The position numbers and the translations under genes were made by a program. The notes below the pieces were generated by a model. It was given only the letters and a program-made list of their open reading frames with translations, was not told the DNA's origin and searched no databases. Positions 50,301 to 63,607 of a DNA stretch of 64,000 nt are shown in pieces. The DNA comes from Mesotaenium endlicherianum. Its lineage: Eukaryota. The stretch is taken from positions 394,986 through 458,985 of the forward strand of contig WELA01000694.1 in NCBI GenBank assembly GCA_009602735.1, given 5' to 3'. Every line of letters begins with the position of its first letter. The first letter of the stretch is position 1.

Positions 50301-51288
50301 GATGACCGTCACAAACAAAAAGTAGGGGTGTGACCGAGCCCAACCAGACGATTTCCACTATGGCCTAGACGGCTACCTCATCCTGCCACCTCACATTGCC
50401 CCTTGGGACCCCAGGCTGAATGGCTGCCTGAGCAATATGAATGCAGAGACCAAAGAGCACAGGAGGAGGGGGAAAGACTACTTCTCTAAGGAAAAGCATG
50501 CCGTCGTCAAATGGGCGAAGAATACAGGCCGGATGGATATCAGCAATCTGAAAGCCAAGCAACCTCCAGCGCGCCCTAAGAAAGGGAGATCAGTAGACTA
50601 CTCCATGTCTACCAAAGAGCAGGACGACTTAGTTGACGAGACTCCTACTCTCTCAGAGGAGGAGGATGAGGGGGATGAGGAAGAAGAACAAGGCAGAGGA
50701 GAAGCATCAGGAGCTGGTACTCAGGAGACCCAGGGGCAGGCAGGGGCACTTTTTAAGGAACCAAGATCAGGTATATGGAATGTGATCCCCGTCATGGAGG
50801 CAACTGCACCCCGCACTCGCTCCCCCAGTCCACCTGCCCAAGCAGGGGAAGAAGCTGATCTGACTGTACTTGGCAACAGATACAGGCAGAAATCCCCAAA
50901 GGACAGGGGTTTCAGAAGAGGGCCACGCGGGGTGGCCAAAGATATGCCGGCCTCCCCTTCGCTTAGGGACACGTACCTCTTGCCAATGTATTTCAACATC
51001 CTACTGGAATGCGTGTCTATGTGGGGATCAACACCCAAGTGGGTAAAGAGCAGGCTACCATCCTTCGTTCTCCTCGAGGTCTAACTTTGGAACAAACGGG
51101 GTTCATTAGAAGGCCTGCTGACAGACCTAGAGGGCTGTCCAGATCTAGGTCCAGATCTCCGTCTCTTGATCTTGAAGCCCCAGGAACAACCCCCTAAGGT
51201 GACAGGCTGAAGAGGCAGTCAGTGGGGGAGGCTGGTCAGGTTCAGGTCCCTTAATTAAGATTTTTGCAATTTAATGTTGTTGAGGCGA
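44319..51288 (+). mobile_element. Decayed family A copy A3 (LTR 44319-45038, PBS, gag, pol, ORF3; 3' LTR missing)
   Basis: Colinear with A1; truncated in the pre-PPT hairpin; contains single-N joins at 46082 and 49639. Confidence 0.9.
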
Positions 51289-54200
51289 TTGGCCCGAGTT
51301 ATTAAAAGGGACCCCGCGGCTGCCCGAAAGAGTGGAAGACCCTCCAATGACACTTATGATGCAAGAAATCAGCAAGGAGTGAAAGCAAGACTCTCCCCGG
51401 CTGAAAAAGAAGCTCTCATGACGGCTGGACTATGCTTTTATTGTAAGGAAAAGGGCCATCGTGCACTCTCATGCCCCAAAAAGTTGTCAAAAAAAACGGA
51501 CAGCGCCGGTAGGCCAGGAGCCTACCACCCCAAGACCCTCTTCACGAGAAGACAACAAGCCACGTGAGGTGGAGACCCCCGTTGAAGACGACGTTCCAGC
51601 CCCAATGAGTTTGAGAGAATACCTTGGAGGAGAGAAGGTCCACATCTTAGTGGATAGCGGACGTCAAGGCAACTTCATCGCTGCAGATTTTGCCACCAAG
51701 CACGGTATTGCTATGCAAACTCTTGACCACAACGAGGAGATTATGATGCCTGACGGATTTTCCTATACTATCCCTTCCAAGAAGACGTACCCCTTGGCAC
51801 TCTCTATCAAGTCCTTCAAGGATAGAGTAGTGTTCTCCCCCATGCAATTGGGCAAGTACGACGTCATCCTAGGGACGCCTTGGTTGACCAAGCACAACCC
51901 CCAAGTTGATTGGAGGACCGGTACTATCAAGATCAAGAATGACATCACTTCAAGAATCTGTATTTTGTGCGCAGTCTAGAATATCCAGACCCAAGACATC
52001 AAGACTCCGGCACACGAGATACTATTGTCCGCCCTCCAACTCAAGAGACTTGTGAGGAAGGGATACGAGCTTTTTTTGACCATGATCACGCCAAAAGACA
52101 TCAAAAAAGACATTGAGAGTCAAGAAGGCAGCCCCCTTCCCAAGGAGATACAAGAAGTCTTAGAAGACTACAAAGAAGTATTCTCCCCGGAATTGCCCAA
52201 GGGCTTACCCCCCAAGAGATTCGTAGACCACAAGATAGAGTTGGAGCCCGGAAGCAAGCCCATCTCTCGGCCTACGTTCAAAATGTCATACACGGAGCTA
52301 GACGAAGTCAAGAAGCAAATCAAGGAGCTACTGGAGCATGGCTTCATTCAACCTAGCAAGTCGCCATTTGGAGCCCCGGTGCTATTTGTCAAGAAGAAAG
52401 ATGGTACCTTGAGGATGTGTGTGGACTATCGCGCCCTCAACAAGATGACCATCAAGAATCGATACCCGCTGCCGCGCATGGATGAGCTCATGGACCGGCT
52501 GGTTGGAGCCAAGTACTTCACGAAGATTGACTTACGGAGCGGCTACCACCAGATTCGCATCNAGCATCGCTGAACTTGACATAAAGAAGACGGCATTCGG
52601 GACAAGATAGGGACATTTTGAGTTCATGGTCTTGCCATTTGGTCTCACCAACACGCCAGCAACTTTCATGACTATGATGAACACCATATTTCAGCCCATG
52701 TTGGACAGATTTGTGGTGGTATTCATCGATGACATCCTTATCTACAGCAAGACCCTTGAAGAGCATGCGAGACACTTGAAAGAAGTCCTCGAAGTATTGA
52801 AGCAAAACAAGCTATTTGCGAAGGAGTCAAAGTGCGAGTTTGCCAAACAAGAAGTGGAGTTCCTAGGTCTCCACGTGACTGCTGATGGCATCAAGATAGA
52901 CCCCAAGAAGACCACGGTGGTGGAGGAATGGCCAACCCCCACGACCGAGAAAGAACTCCAATCTTTCTTGGGATTTGCCAATTGGTACAGGAGATTCATC
53001 CAGAGCTTCTCGCACATAGCAGCCCCCCTCACGGATCTACTCAAGAAAGACGAGCCATATATTTGGACCCAGAAAGAGGAGGAAGCATTCCAACAACTGA
53101 AGCAAAGATTGACGACATCCCCGGTGCTCACACTCCCAAGTCCAAACCCAGATTGGCCCTTCCACGTCATCACCGATGCATCTTCCTATGCAATTGGAGA
53201 AATCCTGCTTCAAGACCAAGGCAAGGGACTGCAGCCCATTGCCTACGAGTCAAGGAAGCTAAATTCGGCCGAGCAAAATTATACAACCACGGAGCGAGAG
53301 ACGTTGGCGATTGTACATTCCTTGAAGGTTTGGCGCTGCTACGTTGAAGGACGCAAGGTGCTGGTCACTATGGACCACGAATCGTTGAAGCACCTCCAGA
53401 CGCAGCCGTATCTCTCAAGGAGACAAGCAAGATGGAGCGGATACTTGCAACAATACAACATCACGATTCAATACCAGCCCGGCAAGACAAACCCGGCTGA
53501 CCCCCTCTCAAGACTGCAATTCAACGCAGTGATGACATCCCTGAAGACAGATCTGGAAGCTCAATTTTTAGCCGCCTATGAAAGAGACCCTTACTACAAA
53601 AACGGAGAAGCAGCCTTGAACCCATACAAGAAGCAAGAAGGCAATTATTGGGTGAGGCAAGACACGGGCCAGAGATGTGTTTCTAATGACTTAGACCTCC
53701 AACTCTTGCTTCTACGAGAAGCACACGACAACCCTCTTGGAGGACACTTTGGAATCCTAAAGACCACAGGCGTTCTAGCCAGGACTTATTGTTGGCAAGA
53801 CATGTCTAAGCAAGTCAAGGAATACTGCAGGAGCTGTGACACATGCCAAAGTGTCAAGCCATCGTCACAAAAGGCGGGAGGACTCCTCCAACCACTACCA
53901 ATCCCCAAAAGACAATGCACGGACATCTCAATGGACCTTATCGTGGACCTGCCCGTGACACCTCGAGGCCATAATGCAATACTCACGGTGGTGGACAGGC
54001 TTACCAAGATGGCTCATTTTATTCCCACGACGACTAAGGCTACAGCACCACAACTTGCAAGACTCATCTTTGACAACATCTTCCGACTCCATGGACTACC
54101 ATCAAGAATTGTGTCGGATAGAGATCCAAGATTCACAAGTCATTCTGGGAAAAATCTCTTCAAGAACTTGGGTACATCGCTGGATATGTCCACTGCCTAC

Positions 54201-56164
54201 CACCCGCAATCAGATGGGCAAACCGAGCGTATGAATTGTACCCTNTTTCTAAAGACCTCTCTACTGGCCTACGTATCATCTCTGGAGCAAGATTTGGACA
54301 TGTACTTGACCCCCATGGAGTTTGCCTACAACAACACGACGCAGGCCTCTACCCAAGAGTCCCCATTCTTCCTCAACTATGGCTTCCATCCAACCACGCC
54401 GCTGAGCTTCACGGCTGGCCATGATGAAAAAACCGCAGCAACAGATTTTATGGAGACATTAGAAGCGGCCCTTACAGCAGCAAATAAAGCTCTACAACAG
54501 GCGCAAGATGCTCAAGCAAGAGTCGCAAACAGGTCCATTAGAGTAATTACGTACAGAGTGGGTGACAACGTGTTACTATCATCCAAAAATAGTGGATAAT
54601 CATTTGGAGTACAAAGTGGAAGATATAGTGGCTATGAGAAATTTCAGGAGACAGCAGCAATAATCAAGTGGAAAGGATATCCAGATTCGGAGAATAGTTG
54701 GGTGGCGGCGCGCTACCTTGACAAAGTACAGAGAAAGTTGAAGCGATTCCATGCCGCCAACCCCCATCTTGGACCAGCCCCAAGTCTCTATACTAGAAGC
54801 CCAAAGACTTCAGGGAGGCAGCCTGCCACCATCAAGAAGTAGCAGAAGACCCCTTGGAGGCAGCCTGCAAGAACAAGAAAGAGGAAAAATTGACATTAGA
54901 CGCTCTTCTCTTCTCGCAGTTTCTGGACAGAACACTAAAACTGCTATTGGTGATAGGTCTTTACATAATTTTTTTTGAAAATTTACTTGGATGTAGTCCA
55001 TGAATAATCGGTCATTTAGAGTCCAAGTTTGCTCAATTTGAAGCATTGGTGAGAGAAATATGATGCTCTAAGTAGAAGGGGGTCAGGCTGCTGGCATTGT
55101 TAGGGCAGAATATGCCTTCTGACATTGTGCCCTCTCCTGAACTTGGAATGCTCTGAAACTCAAGACTCTGGTAGAATATCTTACAACGCCCAGTTTGAGA
55201 CTTAGTTTGCAAAATTTGGAGAAGCATAGAAGGACTTATGATTTTCAGAAGTTTCTGCACAGATTTGGAGGAGTGCCTACTCTCTCAGCTCTCCACGACA
55301 CTCCAAACATTAGAATGCTCTCAAATTTAGTGACCCGGTAGAGTCTTTTAACGCGGTCCGTTTGGCACTGAAATTTCGAGATTTGGGGCAGTTTTATGGA
55401 TGCTATGAGTTTTTGAATTTTTGGCAGATTCTGGGCCAACTTGTACAATTTTCTTTATCATCAAGGAGTAGGCTAGCCAATAAGGTCACACCACCCACGA
55501 CCTTGCCTAGTCTACCTTACATGTGTAGCACCTGACTTGGCGCCTTGGACTAATCCTCTTCACATGTGTGGCATCTGACTTGAAGCTGTTGACTAGTCTG
55601 CTCCACATGTGTAAGACCTGACTTGACGCGCCGAGACGTCGCTTTTTCTGTCAGGGGGGTGATGTTGTGACTTGAGTTATAATATATTAGTTTGCATATA
55701 TTTTAATGTTTTCAAATATATTTGGAGTAGTATTGTGTGGATTCAAGTGTGAATAGGTACTCTAGTGACTTGGTTCATGTCCTTTGAACCTTTAAAGGCA
55801 TTTCGAAGTTAGAGGAAGGACTTAGAAGAACTCCATGTGGCAAAAGTCAAATGTGCCATTTTTAGGTCAAAAGGACATGTGTACATTATTCTGGAAAGAG
55901 GTGGCAGGTTTTGGGATGTGTTGGGTGCCAACACATCAACATACATCTTCCTAGAAATTACTCATGTAGCGATTATATAAACAAGAGCTAGAACATAGAA
56001 AGACATTGAAGAATCACTCTTGTACGTGCCAAATTCCAGAAATACATAAATTTTCAAGAAGTCATCTCTCTTTCAAGAAGCTACCACTTGTGTTCAGAGA
56101 TCCTTGTCTTGAATAGATAAAGTATTCCATTTTACTAAGTACTTCATCCATCTGTTTCACTACA
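51289..56164 (+). mobile_element. 5'-truncated Ty3/gypsy chromovirus (family D) with 3' LTR 55663-56164
   Basis: CFYCKEKGHRALSC knuckle; LVDSG protease; RT FIDD; RH; INT; chromodomain remnant ~54606-54750; PPT aggggggtga; LTR ends tgttgtga...tcactaca. Confidence 0.9.
55519..55626. repeat. ~43-bp tandem repeat (about 2.5 copies) upstream of the family D PPT
   Basis: acatgtgt....ctgacttg recurs three times at ~43-nt spacing. Confidence 0.75.
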
Positions 56165-57763
56165 GAAGGCCAAGCAACCTCCAGCTTGTCCCAAAAAAGG
56201 GCGGTCAGTAGATTTCTCCATGTCTATTAGGGAGCAGGATGACTTAGTGGACGAGATCCCTACCCTCTCAGAGGAGAAATATGAGGAGGATGAGGAAGAA
56301 GAACATGGCGAAGGAGAAGCATCAGGAGCTGGTACTCAAGGGACCCAGGGGCAGGCAGAAGCAGGGACTTCTAGGACGCCAAGATCAGGTGTATAGAATG
56401 TGATCCCGGTCATGATGGCAACAGGACCCCGCACTCGTTCCCCCAGCCCACCTGCCCAAGCAGGGGAAGAAGCTGATTCGACTGTTCTTGGCAGCAGAGG
56501 AAGGCAAGAATCCCAAGAGAACAGGAGTACCAAAAGAACAACATGCGGAGTAGTTAAAAATATGCTGGCCACCCCCTTCAGTCAGGGACGTGTGCCTCTT
56601 GCCAATGTATTTCAGCATCCTATCGGAATGTCTGTTTATGTGAGTATCAACACCCCGGTGGTTGAAGAGCAGGGTACAATCCTCCGTTCTCCTCCAGGCC
56701 CAACTTTAGAGCAAACAAGGTTCTTTAGAAGGCCAACTGACAGACCTAGAGGGCTGTCCAGGTCTAGGTCCAGATCTCAGTCCCCTGATCCTGAAGCCCA
56801 AGGAACAACCCCTTAAACATCAAAACCATTCTCCAGTCAAACCTTGCTGGAGGTCTCTCTCTTTGCATCCCACAATGAAAGTGGACTGATGGTGGAGGTA
56901 ACAGTTCCCTAACACCAGTGATCCCCACAGCTAGGCAGCAATGTTGAAGCAAAAGGCAGACGGTGGGGGGGTTAATTCTGTTAGTTTCTTGACCAGATAA
57001 TTTTACAATCTAATGTTGTCGAGGCGACAACAATTCAAGCTGGAGGCATTGTAATGAATCAAATTATAGGTAGATATTATATTCATTTAAATTCAATAGT
57101 TGAGTAAGTTTAGTACTTTTGTCAACATTCAGTCTGCTGGACTTTATATAAGTATCAGTTTGATGACTCAGCCGAGAGCAGCAGACTGAAGTCAACTAAA
57201 GTCAGCTTGCTGACACATTCTTTGACAGCCAGCTGACTTCCGTACTCGGTAGCAGCGAACTGCCTAGACATGCGTCTAAGTGTGATATGCTAAATGGATG
57301 TCCAGATGACATCCTTATGATGGATGGCGATTCGGGATGATGGGAGATGGCGGTGGATTTGGTTAATCGATGTCCTGCCAACGTGATTAACTCCCGGGTA
57401 GGCGGTGCCATCGCACTTGCTGTTGAACAGTAAACTCATTCCATGTACATATGCTAGGTATTGCTCTCGAGTTTGGCATTCGAAAACAAGGCCAACTCTC
57501 TTGTACAGCTTACTGAGAGATATCTGAATCCAAGGCGAGAAGCCACTGATATGCACTGTCTTCTAGCCTTGCTTATGTATGAGTTTACTGATTGCATCAT
57601 TGATGCTAGTTTACTTGCATTTGACTTGCGAGTATTATCCATTGCTAGTGGTGTCGTCTTTTGCTGTTTAATCAATTTAGCAAAAAATACCATAAAGATT
57701 CCTTGCTGATATAAAGATCTTCATTATTTGTTAAGCGCCAATGTGGTAAGTCGTTTCATTTCA
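56165..57763 (+). mobile_element. 3' part of a family A copy (end of ORF3, PPT, LTR 57050-57763), same subfamily as A2
   Basis: The LTR shares diagnostic variants with 38392-39110 (gtcaacattcagtc, ggcgattc, ctgccaacg, ctaggtatt). Confidence 0.88.
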
Positions 57764-58695
57764 GCGAGTCCAAATTCCGTGTTGCGCTGCTTCCGCACGC
57801 ACACGATCTTTTGGTGACCCGCCTTGCCGCAATAGGTGCAGTTGCCTGGCTTGCCGTTCTGCGCCAGAGTGCAGTCTTGACGTGTGTGGCTCGTCTCCCC
57901 ACATGCCCAGCAAGTGTCGTTTGTTGTCGCAGCCATGGAGATAAGGTCACGTTGAGCGTTGTGAGACTGCGTCTCTGCAGGCAGCTGCGAGCACTGCGGC
58001 TGCTGCTGATGGCGTGCAGGTGTGGGGCAAGCTGTCGACGATGGTGCCACCGGGACCTCGTGTCTTACGCCCGTGGATGCAAGGCCTATACGGTTGCTGA
58101 TGTTGCTCCGTGCGGCGGCCAAGCTTTGCTTCTCGACAGAGAGGTATGCGTCCTCCAGGGTGTATTCGGAGCCGATGTGGTAGATGGAGGGAGCGATGGC
58201 TCTCTCTCTCAGACGTGGCTCGCCAGCTTGTAGGAAGATCCCCGCGGTCTCTCGATTGGTGACGGTGTCAACGTCTCGGCGGAGGTGCGTCAGGCAACGG
58301 TACATCATTCAAATCGTCTCGTTCTAGCGTTGGAAGAAGTGGTGCAGCACGTACACCTTCCCTTTGGTTGTGGCCTGGAACTCCTTCCTGAGGACGGCCT
58401 AGAAGGCCTTGACCGGATCTGCGAGGAGGGTCTCCACTGGGGGGTCCCCCAAAAGCTCGATGCGTGCGTAGATTTTGGCACCCTTCTCACGGAAGGTGTC
58501 ACGAGCCTCGTAGAGGAGGTAGCGCATAAGCGTATAAAACACGTCACGCTTAGTGAGCGTGGGCGTCTTAAGCTTTGCAGTCACAAACTCAGCCTCGAAG
58601 TCTGAGATTGTGTCGTCCAGATCACATGTTCCTGGCCTGCCGCTAAAGCGGAAGAGGGAGGACCTGTCAGTCTTGACCTCGTAGTCACTTGCCAT
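57764..58695 (-). pseudogene. Decayed gag with two zinc knuckles (element E), truncated by the family A LTR
   Basis: CWACGETSHTRQDC and CTYCGKAGHQKIVC; in-frame stops; candidate LTR end/PBS (tttaca-ag-tggtgagc) at ~59075-59090 on the minus strand. Confidence 0.8.
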
Positions 58696-61600
58696 GGGAT
58701 ACCAGGAATCGTAGCGAGCCCACTGGGAAGGTGGCTCAGGGACAACTACAGATCGTAGGAGTGCTGGCTGTTCCCCTTCAGAAGGTTCAGTGACAGTGCT
58801 GAGATCTGAGTCCGAGTCTTCGCCACTAATCCCTTTGTAATAAAGCTAATAAGAGAGCCCACTACGTGTAGGCAGACGTTGAAGATTCTAATTGCTTGTA
58901 AGCGAAGTAAAGAGAGATCTTCTTAGTAGTAAGGAGTGTGTACTTTCTAGAGTGAGCACCTCAAAATTGTAAACTGGTCGGAATACAATGAATGGAGTAT
59001 GGTCCAAAAGATCACTGTAAGCACATCATGATCTTCAAGAGTAGTCCTATGGCAGGGGTTTAAGCTGTGACTTTGCTCACCACTTGTAAACTTCTTCAAG
59101 TGACTGGAAGTCAGCAAGGCTTGCTCTTCACAAGAGAGAGACTAAGTGGTATTGAAAACACATGAGATTAAAGTGTAAGCTTTAGTGATAATTTCCGTGA
59201 CTTACAACTGGCATAATGGGACTTCTAAAAGATGTTCCTCTAGGGACATTTCTAGTATATATAATCCTGGAAACCCGGCGTTGTATGCGGCGGATCCAAT
59301 GCATGTAGTCACGCTAGGAGGCTCTCCTATTTCCACTAATGTGTACAAGGCATGTACTAGCACTCCTATAGGCTAAACGTAACTCTAATCAATCAAAGCA
59401 ATGCACGTAGAATATACTATGTGTCTCTCATGGGTGGAGCTTACTTTGGGTGATTCTACCCAGATAGCGCCTCAAAATTGAATCCAAAACTTTAGGAAGC
59501 TTCCTCTAGGAGTAGGTGATGCAGTCACCAAGTTATAACCTCAACGATGCACTTATGCTATGAAGATACAAGACTTATGTAGTCAAAGGGGCTCGCGGAT
59601 TTGTGCGTACAAAGCTAGGGGTTCTTGGGGTCACGAATAGCCAACAATGTCACCTCTGGATACATTGAGTCACAAGTTGACCATTTGGTGTGATTCCGCT
59701 AGGGGCCAAAAGGGGTGCGGACTAGATACTGAGTACTGATGAGTCATCAGATCGCGCCTATCTTGCTCGATACTTAATCAAATGACGCGAAACAGGTGCC
59801 ATTCGGAAGATGCTTCAACGCGCTACACTTTGGTGACTTGGAAATCTAGAACAAGTCAACATATGGATGCGTAAGGTCAATGCAAAGTCGGTCTTCCTAG
59901 GTTGATGGTTCACACAAGTGGAGCTCGGTTTTGTACGTCAACCTCGACTCAATAAATCATGACATTTTCTAAAGGAGAAGCTCTAGTCCTAAAGTTCGTC
60001 TCCTTCTTGTGCCTTGTGATAGTGTGCAACTATAACACACTACGATAAGTGAGTCAAGGGGTATAGTTGAGTAAACGAAAGTCATTATATGCGCGAAGAT
60101 TGCAACCTAATTTTACACGCTTCCACCTATCTCTGATCTTACATATTTAAATGAAATATGGTCATTTTGAATAAGCAAGATTCATTTCGAGCATTGTACA
60201 TATCAATTTATTTTATCAAATATGAACAAATTCTTGAACGCGCGCAAGTCCCATTGTGGGACACTTTGTCATTTACGTGTATGACTTGGTGGAATTACAG
60301 CGGGAATTACAGCGGGTGGTCTTGACGCGGACATTTTTCCTAAACGTCTGCCATTCAAAAAAGACATCCATGTCCGTAACAGCACTTTGAAATCGGTTCG
60401 TACAAAAAACGCGACTAACAAATTCTGCCCATCTATGCCCTGGTCGTCGACGAATTTTTTCTACGCTACGTGGAAAAATGGAGAACACGATCTCCAAAAC
60501 AACAGGCGAAAATGGTATTTCTACGCCAAAGGGCGAAAGTCATGCACGGGAACGTTTTATCGTTTCCGAACGGAGGAAGATTTCGTCGACTCCGAAACGG
60601 AGAAGACTTCATCACCTCATACAATGTGAACCATGCAATTTTGATCTAAGTATGACAACGGTAACCAAACCAAGGATTGAAATGGTCTTGAACAATGTCT
60701 TTTGATTGGTCGTCGTTAGGCTCGAGTGTGCCCATAACGTTATCATGGACTATTTGGTCAAAAAAGTCCCAAAAAAAAAAGGCGGAATCTAGCTTCAATT
60801 CATTGCAAAGATACCGAGTGGCGGGAGTGGCCTGACAAGCACGCTCGCTGTTGCAACTCACGTTTTGTAGAAGCGGACGAGGGGGTCCAAGAAAATTTGA
60901 AGTTTTTTGGCCACAGTCGCCCGGTGGCCCTGACAGGGCTCGTCGCCGTTGCTTGTTACAAGTTAGCGGGCAACGGGCTGAAGTAACCGGTCTGCAAGGG
61001 TGGCCCCAACAGCTCCCGTTGCTCGGTCACTTGTGTCAGCACGCACCGAGCGCGTGTCGCCGGGCGGCACGAGTGACCCTGACAGGCCCGTCCCTACTCG
61101 AAAAATACTCCCCCTTGCCTGGTCACATTTGTCACCGGGCAACGGGGCCAAAAGGACTCGTTCCGCTGGAGCGAGTTCCTCCGGACCGAAACTCGTCGAG
61201 GAAGGGCGCCAACCAATGACGCCTATTAAGCCATATACAAATTTGTCATCTTTGGCCCGTTCGAAATCACTTCCTAATGGGTGACAAGGAAGTCTTATCA
61301 TTCGCTCTTGGTGGTTAGGCCCTTCGAGGCTAAACCCTAGTAGGTCGGAATCTAACGGGTTTTATAACCTCTTTGAGTGGGCGGGTTTATGGGATGGCCT
61401 TTTGTAGGCAAGTCCCAATACAAATCCACTCTCATAATCTCACTATTTGGTATTCTCTCACCCCTTCAATGAGCACGTGCGGATCTCAGCCCCATGTATT
61501 GACTCGTGTTTTGGGTCGGTTTGAGCGTGTAGACGCGGCTAGAATCGCCAATCATAACAAAGTCAAAATTGAATCTAACTTGTCTTTGCCGGGGGCGAGA

Positions 61601-62856
61601 AGAGAACAACTTTCGATATCAAAAGTCAATATTGCCGATGGCGAGAACAAATTTCATCTCATCTCAAAAGTCAATAGTTTCTCGCTTGCAAAAACGGTCG
61701 GCGACATTTGACTTTGGAATGTAGTGCACCCAATAGTATGTTCTCATTGGCCAGTTATGTCGTCGATGCATGTAACCGATTGGTGAATCAAAACGTAGAT
61801 GAATGTAACTTTGCTTCGCTTTGCTTTCAAGCGGAGAATTGACTCCGTTCAAAAGCCGGGGGATTTGTTGAAGTGCATCTCCGTTTACCAATTCTCCTTA
61901 CCACAAAAACAAAGATTGAGTACTTCTTCGCCTCTCAATTTTGGTTTGGAGATCGACGATCTCCTAGTAACCGATTTTGGAGTGAGTGCTGCTCTTGTTT
62001 TTCACTCGACGACGATGGACGTCGACGCAATCAACGACTTGCATTCCATTTGCGTTCGGATGCTTGACTCTTTTGACAACAGTAGTTACATCCGCGCTGG
62101 GCTCCTTCACAATGAAGCAATTACACGTATGTTCCCCTACAGTGCAAGACCATTAGTATATTAACACTCACTGCAGCTCCTAATATATCCCTTTTCGTCC
62201 ATATTCCCTTCACATGACTGTCGATGTGCCGCGTTGTACTCCAGAGTACAGATTTAGCAGCCAATGCCGGATACACATTATCACTTCAACACCGCTTACC
62301 AAGTTAGTACTTGACTAATGACGCTTAACTGTTATATCGCCAATTTTGGAAGGACAAGAACCTTACCCAGAAATGGGCTTTTGAGGAGCAAAACCGTGCT
62401 AGGGGTTTGAAAGTCCAGAACGAGGCTTCGGAAGCCAAGTTAGCCAATTTATCGTTAAGGAGAAAAGTTCAAATTGTACCTGTCGCCAATACAGACGCGA
62501 TTGCATTAGCTACCGCTCTAAATAGGGCCTTGAGACAATTAGAAATTGGCCAGTGAAGGACCGCTGCTGAAGGAAATGTCGCATAATTTAGCAAGGTATT
62601 TGCAAAGTCTATGTGCAGAGCCGTCAAACTGACTGACGCATATCAAAACTCTGGCACAAGACCGCCTGCCAGAAATTTTGCTGGTGGAAGCGCTTAGTAT
62701 GAATAGACATGCAGAAGCACCGAGACGTTATCAGAAGAATATGGAAGCTGGAGATGACCAGCTTTATCGCAATTATTATCTGCGTCAGTTTTTAAGTTGC
62801 TTAAAGCACACTTTCCTAAAGATTGTAGCACTAAGGTGCACCGCTATTTTTTTTTT

Positions 62857-63169
62857 TGAAATGAGTCGTTTTACGTAAGCCATTTAACAATTGAAAAAAG
62901 ATGTCTATATCAGCAAGAAATCTTCATGGGGCTTTTTGGTGAACTTATTGATAAATAAAAAGACCACACAACTAGCTTATAAATACTCATAGTCAAATGC
63001 AAGGAACGAGCATCAATCATGAAATTAGTTTACTCATACATAAGCAAGGTGAGGAAGCATATTGAGCTCATTTATCTAGCTCAGTTATCTATTATACTTC
63101 AGTGAATATCATATCTATCAATTATACTGATTCATCACAATCTCTCCAACTTAAATTGTTGTCGTCTCG
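62857..63169 (-). mobile_element. Shortened (~283 bp) family-A-like LTR with PPT and half of the pre-PPT hairpin
   Basis: Minus strand reads cgacaacaatttaagttggagagat-tgtgatgaatcagtata...cttgctgatata...tcatttca; the LTR middle is absent. Confidence 0.8.
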
Positions 63170-63607
63170 TACACGCACCTTGCTGACAAAGACAAAGCAA
63201 CAACATGAACAATCTCACGAAGACATGAAGTGAACCTGTATCATCAGAGAGTTTGTGGTCTGCGTGCGATTGGTTGCGGGGCCTTGCGACGGGCTGAGTT
63301 TGGCTCAGCGCGACCTTGACGCGACCCTGAGCGACTCCTCGCGAACGTGTGCGAGTCGGACGACGACACATTGTTCGGGCGACTAAAGACGACCTCTCGC
63401 GACGAAATTGTGCGAGCTACGGGCAGCTGGAAGGTAAGACGAGCGCCTCCAAGTCAGGATTGTATCGATGCAGGTACAAAGTAGAGGTTGGAAGGCAGCG
63501 ATGCAGGTACGGGCGGCTGCTAGTTGACATTTATCTATCGATGCAGGTACTCCTCCTTTGTTTCCCGTTGTGTTGTGCAGCGAGTATCAACCAAACAGCG
63601 ATCAAAA

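Noticed and set aside
55519..55626. Regularly spaced repeats as a CRISPR array
   Set aside because: Eukaryotic context, tandem units with related 'spacers', no cas genes; this is a retroelement 3' UTR repeat.
59736..59795. Hammerhead-ribozyme-like CTGATGA...GAAA
   Set aside because: Two extra bases separate stem II (gtcat/atgac) from GAAA, and I could not form stems I and III with a cleavage triplet.
60100..62800. Short ORFs and GC-rich repeats (ccctgacagg x2, gggcaacggg x2) as a DNA transposon
   Set aside because: No transposase motif, terminal inverted repeats or TSD could be defined.
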